From positions 1 through 46,695 of the IMG/VR virus record IMGVR_UViG_3300030376_004936: a stretch of 46,695 nucleotides of DNA. One strand, written 5' to 3'. Below are positions 30,038 through 40,495 of the stretch, one piece after another; positions within the stretch are counted from its first letter, which is position 1; the number at the start of each line of letters is the position of its first letter. Under the pieces are notes generated by a model. That model worked only from the letters and a program-made list of their open reading frames with translations. It was not told the DNA's origin and searched no databases. The DNA is from a virus. Taxonomy: Duplodnaviria > Caudoviricetes. A program made the position numbers and the translations under genes.

Positions 30038-30847
30038 TTATTTAGATCTTTTTTCTATTTGTTTTAAAACTTCCATACCTTCATCAGTTTTAAACCAAGC
30101 TGCTAATGCAGAGTAAGGATGTTCATCAAATGGTATAGTCATTAACTTTCTACCTGTTGATGTCCAAGAAAAATATCTTTGATCGTCTGATAATGATATT
30201 ATCTTTTCTTCAGTAGCTTTAATACCTATATTTCTTAAATGTATATTCTCATCTTGTGCTATGTCAACAAATAAAGCTGGATTTTTTCTAGCCATAACTA
30301 GCAAATCTCTCCTAATCTCTTTAGTAGTCATTTTACTAACACCAGATCCCATTTCCACTCTCAATACAGCTTCAGCTTCCTCAACACTCATTTCATTAGC
30401 TAAATTCATTGCTGCTAGTTCAAACTCTAAATAATCGTACTCGTCATGAGCATCTTGAGTTTCATTAACCTCAAAGTATAATTTATTTCTTGATGGATGG
30501 TATAGTGATAAAAACTTTTGCAATGTCACTTTATTCTTAGGTACAAATAAAGTTCCATCTCTAAATACTATATGCTCTCTTCTAATAGCACCTTTCATTT
30601 CATCAACAAAAGGTGTCCGTTGGTTCGGTGAATACATGATCTCTCTTTCATATCCTTTCTCTTTATCAAACCAGTAACTACTATTACTTTTTATAGTGTA
30701 TGTTAGTGGTGAGATATTATTTTTCAAAACATACATTCTATCTTTTATCTCCCACTTATCTTTTGTTTTTGTGGGAGCAACTATTTTGTCTACAACTGGA
30801 GTTTTAACATCAACAGTTTCAACATTACTTTCTTTTTTCTTTGCCAT
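30038..30847 (-). CDS. Conserved hypothetical protein downstream of the MCP (probably head-associated)
   Basis: 269 aa; position directly after the MCP; FLSLYHP and WFKTDEG motifs. Confidence 0.6.
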   Translation of the reverse strand: MAKKKESNVETVDVKTPVVDKIVAPTKTKDKWEIKDRMYVLKNNISPLTYTIKSNSSYWFDKEKGYEREIMYSPNQRTPFVDEMKGAIRREHIVFRDGTLFVPKNKVTLQKFLSLYHPSRNKLYFEVNETQDAHDEYDYLEFELAAMNLANEMSVEEAEAVLRVEMGSGVSKMTTKEIRRDLLVMARKNPALFVDIAQDENIHLRNIGIKATEEKIISLSDDQRYFSWTSTGRKLMTIPFDEHPYSALAAWFKTDEGMEVLKQIEKRSK

Positions 30848-30873
30848 AATATAATATAATAAAAATTAATAAA

Positions 30874-30904
30874 TAAAGAAAAGGGGAGCAATAAACACTC
30901 CCCT
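30874..30904 (-). terminator. Intrinsic terminator after the major capsid gene
   Basis: Minus strand AGGGGAG-TGTTTATTG-CTCCCCT followed by TTTCTTT. Confidence 0.75.
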
Positions 30905-30924
30905 AATCTCTGTGTGAATACTAA

Positions 30925-32445
30925 TTAAGCTGTAGCTTTTATTAGTACGAAGTTATTAGCTCCTTGTGTAATTAAACATCTCTCTGATAAGAAATGCATC
31001 TCCATCGCATCTAAATCAGATGTAGCAGCTCCAACTGAACCAGTAGTCCATGTTTTGAATCTTCTATCATCCATATTAGAAGCTCTGTATCTAACATGTA
31101 AAAACGGTCGCTTTAAGTTTTGGCCTAAAGTTTGGTCATATACAGTAGTTACACCTGCTGGAACAAATGCTCCTCTAATATCTTCATTAATGTTTTTAAG
31201 TCCGCCTCTAGTACTTTTATCATTCAGATATTTCCAATCTGTTTTATAAAAGTCGTAAGCTGCTCTTCTAAAACCTGAGAAACCTAAGTTAAGTGCCATA
31301 TCTTCTGAGTTATCAAAAACCCCGTAAGATGTACCACCTGATCCGTAGGAATTAGCTGAAGCTAACCAATCATCAATTTTTAAAGAAGTGCCTCTATCTA
31401 AGAACATCATATATTCTTCAATAGCACCTTGCTCATCAAACAAACCAATTAACGCATCAAAGTCAACTTGAACATTACTAGGAGTACCAGACGTATCATT
31501 AATACCGTCAAATAAATTTCCTCTAGACGTTACCGCTGCAAAGAAACCTTCAGTACCTTTTAGGTTGTTTCCTGATGCCGCTTGTCCATGAGAAGCAACT
31601 GTATTAGTAACTAATTCGCCTTCTAAAACACCCATTTCAACGTAATCAGCAAATCTAGACTTAGTATCACCTGCGGCTTTTAAATACCATAAGTAACCAT
31701 TTTGTCCATCTTCACCTGTTACTTCAACCCAACCAATTTGAGAAGCATCAGATCCTGAAACCTCATACTTGTCTTTCATTATCGTTGGATGATTCATGAA
31801 TGATTTGAACGCTGGTGAATTAGCACCAACTCTACCAGTTGTTCCTTTACCGTAAGCTGATCCGTAAACTAATAAACCACAAGTAACATCTGTTACACTT
31901 GCCGCGACGTTACCTATACCAGTACCATCGTCTGTTAATGCAGCTATATTAATTACCGCTGCGTAAACAGCACCTGAACCACCATTAGTTTCATTAGCAA
32001 TTGAAGTTACATAACCTCTTACTGTAGCTGAAGCGTTTGATATCATTACCAAATCTCCAACTCTAACACCGTGGTTAGCAAAAGCTGCACCTGTACCTGC
32101 AGTCAACGTTTTACCATCAATATCTTTAACGATTTGAAAAGTATATGTTGCGCCTGCTGTCTGAGTACTATTACCTTGATAAGATAGATGTAATCTACCT
32201 TGTTCAGACCAAACTACTTGATCTGCTGTCATGGGCTCTTCTGCCCCGACCATTTCTAAAAAACCCCCAATAGTTCTATTACCAAAGACTTCTGCTTCTT
32301 CTGCCATTAAATCAGGCATGTATTGTTGTGCCCAACCTTGATCGGTTGTTGAAGCTAAATCCAGATAATTAGTCTCAAGAGTTTGTTTTTGTGGAGCTGG
32401 TACACTATTTAACTGTGGACCGCCCGTAAAACTTCCTGCTGCCAT
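30925..32445 (-). CDS. Major capsid protein (HK97-fold, crAss-like)
   Basis: 506 aa after the scaffold gene; WSEQGRLH, GYLWYLK, LNLGFSGFRR and FLSERCL motifs; followed by a terminator. Confidence 0.85.
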   Translation of the reverse strand: MAAGSFTGGPQLNSVPAPQKQTLETNYLDLASTTDQGWAQQYMPDLMAEEAEVFGNRTIGGFLEMVGAEEPMTADQVVWSEQGRLHLSYQGNSTQTAGATYTFQIVKDIDGKTLTAGTGAAFANHGVRVGDLVMISNASATVRGYVTSIANETNGGSGAVYAAVINIAALTDDGTGIGNVAASVTDVTCGLLVYGSAYGKGTTGRVGANSPAFKSFMNHPTIMKDKYEVSGSDASQIGWVEVTGEDGQNGYLWYLKAAGDTKSRFADYVEMGVLEGELVTNTVASHGQAASGNNLKGTEGFFAAVTSRGNLFDGINDTSGTPSNVQVDFDALIGLFDEQGAIEEYMMFLDRGTSLKIDDWLASANSYGSGGTSYGVFDNSEDMALNLGFSGFRRAAYDFYKTDWKYLNDKSTRGGLKNINEDIRGAFVPAGVTTVYDQTLGQNLKRPFLHVRYRASNMDDRRFKTWTTGSVGAATSDLDAMEMHFLSERCLITQGANNFVLIKATA

Positions 32446-32465
32446 ATTATTATCTTTTTAAATTA

Positions 32466-33644
32466 TTATTTTCTTCTATTTTTAATTCTTAACCTTAGAT
32501 CATTAGAAGAATCACCTAACACTTTATACTTAACACCTCCAACGTTTGTTTCACCGTGGGTTTGTCTAGCATCAGTATTAATATTCTTATCACTAGCAAT
32601 TTGTCCTTTTATAGCATCAGCTCTACCTTGTTCGTAAAAATGTTGAGCTATACTATCAGCGTTCATAGCTGTGAACAAAGATTTGTGGTAACCAGCAACA
32701 TCATCTATTTGTGAACTATTCTTATCAGCAAACTTGTTGATAAAATTATTAAGATCACTTTGAGTTTCCTTCACCTTGTTTGCATCTTTAACATTAAACC
32801 TAAATGTTTTATCCCCAACGTTATAATCAAAACCTTTGAAATTTTTGTTGAAAATACTATCAGTTTTTTGTTTAAAAGATCTTTTGCTAGCGTCAGTTAT
32901 TTTCTTCTGCTTTGCTTGATCCTTGTTGTATCTATTAAAGAAATCCATAGCTTTCTTAGCTTCAGGTGTTAACCTTGACCCTGCTTTAATTTCTTCATAG
33001 TATTTAGACTTTTGCCTGTCTAAGTGGGCTTTAGCCTCGGCAACTTGCTCTTTGAGGGCTATCTTTTTTCTCTTTATATCTTTTGGATCTTCAGTTTCTT
33101 CATCATAACTAAATTTCTCTTCTAGTATAAAGTTTCTTTCTTCTGGTGATAAATGAGATTTAGTGCTTCTATAGTATTCGTCTAACACTTCTGAATCATC
33201 CATTTTGGATATATCTCTGTTTAATTCTACGTAGTCTTTTATGTCACCACCTGTCTCGTCCATGAAATCCACGAGTTTTTGTATATTCTCTGGTAGTGCC
33301 TTTCCAGTTTCAATAGCTTCTTCTACAGCTTCTATAACTTCTTCTTCAGCTTGAGCTATCTCCTCTTTAGTTACTTCCTGAATAATAGGAGCTTCTTCTT
33401 TAACCTCTTCTTTAACTTCCTCAGTAACCTCTGGTTCTTTATTAACTACGACCACCTCTTTTTCTTCGACGGGTTTTTCCTCAACCTTCTCGTCTTTTTT
33501 AGGTGGATTATTTAAATTAACCTTAGTAACAGAATCTGGATTGTTAGCATACTTTCTTTTTTTAACTTTAAGTTTACCAACCTCATTATCTACTTTAGGT
33601 TCTTCTTTTATAGTCTCTTCGACTTTCTCTTTGTTTTCTGCCAT
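32466..33644 (-). CDS. Putative capsid scaffolding protein
   Basis: Acidic low-complexity N-terminus and coiled-coil middle, HFYEQG motif; between portal and MCP. Confidence 0.7.
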   Translation of the reverse strand: MAENKEKVEETIKEEPKVDNEVGKLKVKKRKYANNPDSVTKVNLNNPPKKDEKVEEKPVEEKEVVVVNKEPEVTEEVKEEVKEEAPIIQEVTKEEIAQAEEEVIEAVEEAIETGKALPENIQKLVDFMDETGGDIKDYVELNRDISKMDDSEVLDEYYRSTKSHLSPEERNFILEEKFSYDEETEDPKDIKRKKIALKEQVAEAKAHLDRQKSKYYEEIKAGSRLTPEAKKAMDFFNRYNKDQAKQKKITDASKRSFKQKTDSIFNKNFKGFDYNVGDKTFRFNVKDANKVKETQSDLNNFINKFADKNSSQIDDVAGYHKSLFTAMNADSIAQHFYEQGRADAIKGQIASDKNINTDARQTHGETNVGGVKYKVLGDSSNDLRLRIKNRRK

Positions 33645-33663
33645 AATAAAATTTTATAAAATA

Positions 33664-36051
33664 TTAAATATCAAATCTTCCAATACTCGAGTCTCCCGTA
33701 ACTATATCATTACCTGATGACTCAAACCTTTTAACGGATTCACCCCCTTTTCTTTTATCTACTAATCTTTCTTGGTTTTCCGCCTGCTTCTGCATTCTAG
33801 CATCTTTTCTGTCTTCTCTACTAGCTTCGATTCTACTTTTAGTTTGATTCTCCGCTCCTTTTAACTGCATGTTTAAATCAAACTCTAGCTGCATTAATTC
33901 TTTCTTAACCTGAGCTTCTCTTTGTAGGTATTCTATCTTTAATTGATTTTTAGTGCTTTCAAGTTCAGCTTCTACAGCTATTAGTTGTTGTTGTTTTTGT
34001 GCTTCCATCTGAGCTGCAGCCTGTTGTTGTTGGGCATTTGCTTGAGCTTGAGCCTGCATGTTTTGCTGCGCCATTTTTTGATCACGCTCTTGTTTTTTCT
34101 TTCTTTTTATTTTTAGAAGTTGATTAGCTAGTTTCACGTTTCTAACCTCTCTCAAATCAATTGCATCATCTAAATCTATCATTTGATTTCCAATAGCAAC
34201 TTGAATATTATTTTCTAGCATAGCTTTTTCTTCTTCATCTGGTAATAGTTCTATAAATATACCAAAATCATGAAGATGCAATTCTGACATTTCACCTAGC
34301 GTAGCTACATTGTGTGCTCCTATAGCTCTCATAAAAGCTTCTCTTGTTGGTGAATACTCTACTATATCTGCTATACGTAAAGACAAACACTCTGCTACTT
34401 CAGATGTTAAAAACAACATTGACTGTAAAACATGTCTCGTTGCTGTATTTGAATTCGCTGCAGCTAGTTTTTGTACACCAACTAAAGCTTTGGCATCTGG
34501 CATACTACCATCTCTAGCTTCATTTAATCCAGTTACGTCTCTTATCATTTGAAGATAATAGTTATAAGTGCCGATTAAACTCTGCATTTTATTACCTCCA
34601 CCACCATTTTGAATTTGCTGAATTGGTACTTTACCTGGATTTTGATCACCATCTGCGGTAAAACTTCTACCAATAACAGAACCAGTTTGGAAGAACATAT
34701 TTAAAGCCTCTTGTGGATTATAGTTTGTACCGTTTCCTAAATCAATCTCAGCTAAACCATCAGCATCTAAATAAACACCATCTGGTACCATTCTTGACAT
34801 TACTTGTTGTAACTTTAAATGAGTTAACTGAATCATATCAGCAAAACCTGTTATTCTACCAACAAGTGAGTCTATTCTACCCTCATACATTCTAGGTGCT
34901 ACTATTTGATAACTCATTTTAACCTTACTAAAATCAGATTGACTTCTCATCATATTAGGAGCCATTCTCCATCTAAGTAATTGATCTGAACCTAGAATAT
35001 AAACACCCTCGTATAAACACTCTATAACTCTTTCTAATCTTTCGAAGTCACCTTGCATATCAGATGGTGGATTAAATGACTGATCTTTTGGTATAACCTT
35101 TTCACCACCGGAACCAGTTTTCTTTAACTTGTAAACGTTGTGACCATAAGTTTTGTAATTGAAATAAAGAACGTGGACTTTATTTTTATCTCTATTGTTT
35201 CTATGGTTAACTGGATCAGCCGATGTTTTAGTTATGTTTTCAACTTGATCTGGTGTCAACTCAGGAAACTCTTTAACAAGCTCGTTGATTGGAATTTCTT
35301 TTACTTCACCAACGTAGTATATATCATCAAAATAAGGAGATTCAGTATATGACCAAACTAATTTAGCTGGATCAACATATTTAACTTTAGCTCCATCATT
35401 AAAATCAAATGTTGTTTTAGTCGCTCCTATACCTATTGTCGTTAAATCATATAAACATCTTCTTCTAACTAAATCATAGTCACTACCTTCCATTAAGACA
35501 CTTATAGCTTGTTCTTCAGCTATTTCTACAGCTTGCTTATAATTTAATTGCATGTGCAACTGTAACTCTTCTTCACTATCTGGTAGTTTTTCAACATCAT
35601 TTTCATAAAGATCTATATTGAAATGAGCTTTAGCTAACTCATTGTATTCTTTAGATCTCATATCTCTGAGCACAGACTCCATATATTCTGTTCTCTTGCT
35701 AACACCAAATTGGTCTTGAGCAAAAACATTAATATCATAAACTCTTTGAGCCATGCCATTAACAACGATATCTACAAACTTAGGAATAATTGGAACTGGT
35801 TTCCAATCTAAATTAAGATAAGACAAGTCACCGTTTATAGACAACTCGTTTTTATATTTTTGAATAGGTTGTTCTCCTCTAGCATACAATCTTAACTTGT
35901 GGAAATTATTATTATGTCCACCAAACTTAGATGTAGCTCCTGAGAACCACTCGTGTTTTATAGCTCTCGCAACTTTTAATCCATACTCTTCGCTAACCTT
36001 TTCCTGGTCACTAGCTGTTTGAGGTGGAAAATTGATAACAGACTCTGTCAT
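33664..36051 (-). CDS. Portal protein
   Basis: 795 aa directly after terL (ATGA overlap); LDWKPVPIIPKFVDIVVNG and IRDVTGLNEARDG motifs; Q-rich C-terminal coiled coil. Confidence 0.85.
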   Translation of the reverse strand: MTESVINFPPQTASDQEKVSEEYGLKVARAIKHEWFSGATSKFGGHNNNFHKLRLYARGEQPIQKYKNELSINGDLSYLNLDWKPVPIIPKFVDIVVNGMAQRVYDINVFAQDQFGVSKRTEYMESVLRDMRSKEYNELAKAHFNIDLYENDVEKLPDSEEELQLHMQLNYKQAVEIAEEQAISVLMEGSDYDLVRRRCLYDLTTIGIGATKTTFDFNDGAKVKYVDPAKLVWSYTESPYFDDIYYVGEVKEIPINELVKEFPELTPDQVENITKTSADPVNHRNNRDKNKVHVLYFNYKTYGHNVYKLKKTGSGGEKVIPKDQSFNPPSDMQGDFERLERVIECLYEGVYILGSDQLLRWRMAPNMMRSQSDFSKVKMSYQIVAPRMYEGRIDSLVGRITGFADMIQLTHLKLQQVMSRMVPDGVYLDADGLAEIDLGNGTNYNPQEALNMFFQTGSVIGRSFTADGDQNPGKVPIQQIQNGGGGNKMQSLIGTYNYYLQMIRDVTGLNEARDGSMPDAKALVGVQKLAAANSNTATRHVLQSMLFLTSEVAECLSLRIADIVEYSPTREAFMRAIGAHNVATLGEMSELHLHDFGIFIELLPDEEEKAMLENNIQVAIGNQMIDLDDAIDLREVRNVKLANQLLKIKRKKKQERDQKMAQQNMQAQAQANAQQQQAAAQMEAQKQQQLIAVEAELESTKNQLKIEYLQREAQVKKELMQLEFDLNMQLKGAENQTKSRIEASREDRKDARMQKQAENQERLVDKRKGGESVKRFESSGNDIVTGDSSIGRFDI

Positions 36052-38282
36052 ACTTTATTTTTTATTATTGTTGATTGAAATCCTTTGTTATTATATCTTG
36101 ATACAGTTAGGTTTACAGGTGTTATTTCTTTATCTGGATTTGGTTTATATAAATGTCTATTACAAGCCATTATAGCTAAACCAGAACTTATTGATGCATC
36201 GTGCTTAGTTCTTTTTGTTATGTCAAATCTAGCCCAATCATTTAACGTGTCACTAAAGTACATTGTACCGTATGTACCATCTTCTATTAATCCCACGTGA
36301 TCATTTATATACATTTCTATAGCAGCTGCATGAGCTTGCTTTATATCTTCACTGGAGTTGGGTATTCCACCCACTTCTTTTTCTGCAACTGATAACTTAT
36401 TCCAAACCTTATCAGGTCTATTCATACTAAATCCTCTATATCCTCTTCTTCTTAAATAATATAGAAGTCTAGGTTTGTTATTTTCTGCTAGCAACGGCAT
36501 ACCATAGAATACTAAAGACATTAACACATCTTCAAAAAATATATCAGCTGTTTGTGGTCTAGCTATATATTCTAAGAAAAACGTGTTAGCCGGAGCATCT
36601 TCCATTGAAAACTTAGTTAATCCATGCAAAGCTCCTTTAGAACCTTTTTTATCTACAGTTCCTGATATATCATACGAGTCACAACCAAAGGCCCCAATAT
36701 GCTCGTTACCAGGATACTTAATACCGTTTTTAATAAAAACATTATTTTGAAGATTTGAACTAGGTATCCAACTAATGCGAAATCTGCCACTTGGATCTGG
36801 ATTAAAAGTAACTTGAGTGTCTTTAACTCCATTCATCCATTGGAAATTACCAGGTGTTATCACTGACGAGTTTCTATTTCCTTCGTTATAATCTATTTGC
36901 TCATATATTTTTATAAGGTTAAATAAACTATTTTTTGTTTCATCTCTAAAAGCATGTTCTTCAGTTCTAGGAAACTGACGATAAAATTCATTTAAAGCAT
37001 CTTGGTCATCTTTTAACCCCTCAGCTTCATTTTCCCAGTGGTCAACAACACCCTGATCTATCTCTATTCCATGAGGATCAAATGCTTGTTCTTGCGGAGT
37101 ATCGAAAACAGGTTGTCCGAATTCGTCAATGAATCCTTCGTAATTCCATTCCATAGGAATAAACAGAGAATATAATCCAGACTTAGTTTGTCCATTTCTG
37201 TTTCTTCTAGTGACATCTGAATCATTATACAAGTTTTTAAAATTATCACCTCCTTTATCTAATGCGTTAGATGTACTTCCCATCATACATTTTCCAACTA
37301 TCCTACTACCTAGTCGTAAACAAGTTTTTGTAACTCTCCAGTTATTTTTTATATTATCAGGTCTCTCCCACTTACCACTTTCATCGTGAACTAGTAAATT
37401 CAACTTTTCACCGTCATAACTATTATCACCTGTATTTTTCCAATCAATAGTTGTATCAAGACCCTGCATATCATCAACCTCTTCGCGTTCCCTCATTTTC
37501 TTACGAGTAAACTTTTTAGCTGGAACTCTATATGCTAGTTCAGACTTTGGACGATCCATACCATCTTGTATTGGTTTAAAGAAGAATGGATAATTTATAC
37601 TTATTGGTACAACTTTATCTGTAAACATCTTCTTTGCATCAGCACCAGTTTTAGAAAGTATCCCAAATCTACTATCACTTGCTAAAGTAGCTAAGTTAAC
37701 TGTTTCAGATGAACTCATAAATGAAAAACCAGAACGTCTATTTTTTAGATAACACATTCCGTAACTTCTTTTATCTGCTTTACAAGCTTCCCAGAATATA
37801 AAGAACAATCTATTTGCTTCTCTAAAATCCGGAGCCCCAACATCAATCTTACTCCATTGCAAGTACATATAATGAGTACCAGTCAAGTATGTTGGTTTAC
37901 CGCTATTCATAAACCAAAATCCCTCATCTCTTCTTTTAAATTCTTCATCTATATATCCATAATGTTTTTCTTTAAAATCATCTGGATAATCTTGCCAATC
38001 AAATACTGTTTTAATTCTTTTAAAATCAGGATTAGGTGGAAATTGTCTCCACTTCTGCTCTTCTTTCTTTTTACTACAAGAGTATATATCACTAGGTTCT
38101 TTAGGTAATGCTATTTGTAAACCTTGGATTTCAAGTATCTCACCAATTTGCCCGCTCTTACTAATAACAACAATATCATTTTCTTTATTATAACCGTATT
38201 TCCACTTTTTAGACTTATTTAGTCTTTTAATAGTGTTTAATCTAACAGGCTTTACAACCTTATATAATGTTTGCGTATACAT
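36048..38282 (-). CDS. terL: Terminase large subunit
   Basis: Walker A-like LKNRRSGFS, Walker B LLVHDESGK, nuclease acidic motifs GCDSYD and HDASISSGLA. Confidence 0.9.
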   Translation of the reverse strand: MYTQTLYKVVKPVRLNTIKRLNKSKKWKYGYNKENDIVVISKSGQIGEILEIQGLQIALPKEPSDIYSCSKKKEEQKWRQFPPNPDFKRIKTVFDWQDYPDDFKEKHYGYIDEEFKRRDEGFWFMNSGKPTYLTGTHYMYLQWSKIDVGAPDFREANRLFFIFWEACKADKRSYGMCYLKNRRSGFSFMSSSETVNLATLASDSRFGILSKTGADAKKMFTDKVVPISINYPFFFKPIQDGMDRPKSELAYRVPAKKFTRKKMREREEVDDMQGLDTTIDWKNTGDNSYDGEKLNLLVHDESGKWERPDNIKNNWRVTKTCLRLGSRIVGKCMMGSTSNALDKGGDNFKNLYNDSDVTRRNRNGQTKSGLYSLFIPMEWNYEGFIDEFGQPVFDTPQEQAFDPHGIEIDQGVVDHWENEAEGLKDDQDALNEFYRQFPRTEEHAFRDETKNSLFNLIKIYEQIDYNEGNRNSSVITPGNFQWMNGVKDTQVTFNPDPSGRFRISWIPSSNLQNNVFIKNGIKYPGNEHIGAFGCDSYDISGTVDKKGSKGALHGLTKFSMEDAPANTFFLEYIARPQTADIFFEDVLMSLVFYGMPLLAENNKPRLLYYLRRRGYRGFSMNRPDKVWNKLSVAEKEVGGIPNSSEDIKQAHAAAIEMYINDHVGLIEDGTYGTMYFSDTLNDWARFDITKRTKHDASISSGLAIMACNRHLYKPNPDKEITPVNLTVSRYNNKGFQSTIIKNKV

Positions 38283-38557
38283 TATTTAGACCTTCCTTCT
38301 GCGAATCCCTTAAACGTACTCTTCTTCTCTTCTTCTACAGGCTTACCGTCAAGCATGTTCTCTTCCTCGTGAATTCTATTTAATATTTCAAATGCGTCGA
38401 ATATAGCTAACTTTTTTGTAGCTGCAGCATTCTTTAATCTATCTGCTGATATATCTTCGTCTGAATCAACTATCTCTTCTCTAGCAACTTTAATTAGCTC
38501 TTCAACTGCTTTGTGCCCAGCTTGGATTATATTCTTCTTGGTTTCTTTTATGTCCAT
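38282..38557 (-). CDS. Putative terminase small subunit (probable start MDIKETK at 38557)
   Basis: Helical protein of about 91 aa coupled to terL; RLKNAAATKKLAIFDAFEIL and GFAEGRSK motifs; identity inferred from position. Confidence 0.6.
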   Translation of the reverse strand: MDIKETKKNIIQAGHKAVEELIKVAREEIVDSDEDISADRLKNAAATKKLAIFDAFEILNRIHEEENMLDGKPVEEEKKSTFKGFAEGRSK

Positions 38558-39089
38558 ATTTAATTTCAATAAATTGATTCATAACTCTCCACAACTTTTT
38601 ACCATTAATTAAGTATTCAACCTTTTGATAAGGACCAAAACCTATTAACTCGTTTTTATTAAAAGTTCCATCACTATATTCAACTACTCCAATAAAGTCT
38701 CTTTCTGCGTTTAAGTTAAAATTATCAGTATCTTTTAAGGATCTAACAAACGTAAATCCTGGCATAGCCTTCCAATCCTCTTTTTTATATAAGAAAATTA
38801 AATCTTGATTAACAGTGTATTTATTTTCACTTATATATGATCTACTGTTCTTTTCGATACCCTTTATATTATGCCATCTTCTAAATACATTGTGATGTAC
38901 TATTACTTCATCACCTACGTTAATAGGTGATTGAAATAATAGTGGAGTAGCGATTACTTTTGCTAGTCTATTTATATATTGATGATTAGAGATTTCGGTA
39001 TTTAAGATCAGTTCTTTATCACCTATTTTTTTTGAATTATTATATCTTTCTCCAATTGGTGATACTATGTAATCTATATAACCTCTCAT
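38502..39089 (-). CDS. GroES-like-fold protein (possibly two domains)
   Basis: YIVSPIGERY...ELIL...AKVIATP...INVGDEVIVHH pattern, and a second GVVEY...EYLINGKKLWRV unit. Confidence 0.5.
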   Translation of the reverse strand: MRGYIDYIVSPIGERYNNSKKIGDKELILNTEISNHQYINRLAKVIATPLLFQSPINVGDEVIVHHNVFRRWHNIKGIEKNSRSYISENKYTVNQDLIFLYKKEDWKAMPGFTFVRSLKDTDNFNLNAERDFIGVVEYSDGTFNKNELIGFGPYQKVEYLINGKKLWRVMNQFIEIKYGHKRNQEEYNPSWAQSS

Positions 39090-39313
39090 TAGTATTCTAA
39101 ATTATATTCAACTGATATAGCCATATTTTTATTAAAATCTTTCCAAGGTATAACAGTATTATCTTTTGTTATGTAAATAGAATACTTGTCATCTTCTTCT
39201 AGTATATCACAGATTTTGTGACCTCCATAAACCTCTTGGTTGACAGAGTAATGCATTGAGTCATTTTTGTAATCCTTACCTATAGTTATTTTTCTAATGA
39301 TATTATTTTTCAT
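39089..39313 (-). CDS. Conserved hypothetical protein
   Basis: 74 aa, coupled to neighbours; IRKITIGKDYKNDSMHY. Confidence 0.7.
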   Translation of the reverse strand: MKNNIIRKITIGKDYKNDSMHYSVNQEVYGGHKICDILEEDDKYSIYITKDNTVIPWKDFNKNMAISVEYNLEY

Positions 39314-39584
39314 CCTCTTTTTCCTTTGGCCAATTTATAGTACCATCTCTAAGATCAACGTCATAAGAACCATATTCTTTTATTAATGTCTGTTGCATTA
39401 AAATTATCTGATCGTTAGCAAGGTGTAAGTCGTGTAAAGCTGTATGTTTTTGAGACTCCATCTTACCTATACTAAATTGAATTGAATTTATTTTGTTAAC
39501 TATCTCCTGTAGTTGTTTTAAGTGCTCTTCAGAAACTTTTTCAACCTTAGGTGTTATGTTTTTGATTTTTGCTTTTTTTCCCAT
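39303..39584 (-). CDS. Hypothetical coiled-coil protein
   Basis: 93 aa; helical region followed by YGSYDVDLRDGTI. Confidence 0.7.
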   Translation of the reverse strand: MGKKAKIKNITPKVEKVSEEHLKQLQEIVNKINSIQFSIGKMESQKHTALHDLHLANDQIILMQQTLIKEYGSYDVDLRDGTINWPKEKEDEK

Positions 39585-39598
39585 TATATTAAATTAAA

Positions 39599-40021
39599 TT
39601 ATTTTTTACTTTCGTCTTGATTTTTCTTTGACGATCCGCCAAAAAAGAAATCAACAACTGTATTAACTTTAGCGCTCATTGCACCAAATATTGTAGAGAT
39701 AAAACTTATCTCAAATTCTCCAAGATTTAGATCTCCCATTACGAAGTATCTAAACATCATGAAGCTTAAACCGAAGTACGCGAGTGTAAATAGCGACGCA
39801 AGTATTTTTTGAATAAGTGCGTCGTCCTTGTACATATCTCTAGCGCTCTTCCTGTCTTCAACTTCTTTAGCGAAAGCTTCTGTTTCGGCTTCGAGTAGCA
39901 GACGTCTAAGAGCGAGTTTCGCTTCATCGCGCTCCTTGTCCGTTGTAACAACTTTATCAAGTATTCCTTCTGCATTATCTACTATTTTGCCGAATAAGCC
40001 ATTTACAAATTTTCCTATCAT
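39599..40021 (-). CDS. Putative holin
   Basis: Amphipathic N-terminus, KVVTTDKER and DRKSAR motifs, two hydrophobic segments, FFFGGSS followed by a charged tail. Confidence 0.7.
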   Translation of the reverse strand: MIGKFVNGLFGKIVDNAEGILDKVVTTDKERDEAKLALRRLLLEAETEAFAKEVEDRKSARDMYKDDALIQKILASLFTLAYFGLSFMMFRYFVMGDLNLGEFEISFISTIFGAMSAKVNTVVDFFFGGSSKKNQDESKK

Positions 40022-40458
40022 CGTTCATTATCTTTTATCATATCATCGATAGACTTATTCATTACCTTATCGGTGTATGATTTGTTATTAAAAAAAATAC
40101 TATTCTCAGAGGTTGGTATATCCTCTTCACCAAGTAGTATTCTATAAATTCTACTTATTAAGTGCGAACACTTAAAGGAGGTTTTGAATACAGAGTATTT
40201 TATGGTTGTTCTATTCCTGTGTCTCCATGTTTCTATCCAACCATTCCTCCTTAGTTTTTCCCAACGGTTCTTATCCCAACTCATGGTATATGTTCCGTCG
40301 ATAAATTCTTGACGCGTAAATCTTCCTTTACAATCTAAGTAAATTAGTAACTCAAGATCAGCATCTGTTAGTTCGTAGGTTTTGCAAGCCCATTTTCTAA
40401 CTAATCTATAATACTTAAATATCTGTAGCTCTCTTAATTCGTGACTAGTTAACTTCAT
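40018..40458 (-). CDS. Putative winged-helix (MarR-like) DNA-binding protein
   Basis: YELTDADLELLIYL...LRRNGWIE...YSVF pattern. Confidence 0.5.
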   Translation of the reverse strand: MKLTSHELRELQIFKYYRLVRKWACKTYELTDADLELLIYLDCKGRFTRQEFIDGTYTMSWDKNRWEKLRRNGWIETWRHRNRTTIKYSVFKTSFKCSHLISRIYRILLGEEDIPTSENSIFFNNKSYTDKVMNKSIDDMIKDNER

Positions 40459-40464
40459 GATAAT

Positions 40465-40484
40465 CTACATTAGTAAGTATTACA
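40465..40484 (-). promoter_or_regulatory. Variant of the putative promoter motif
   Basis: Minus strand (CG)TGTAATACTTACTAATGTAG, in the intergenic gap after groES. Confidence 0.45.
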
Positions 40485-40495
40485 CGTTTTAGTGA

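Noticed and set aside
33960-34080. Gln/Ala-rich repeat-like DNA in the portal gene
   Set aside because: Ordinary low-complexity coiled-coil coding sequence of podovirus portal C-termini.
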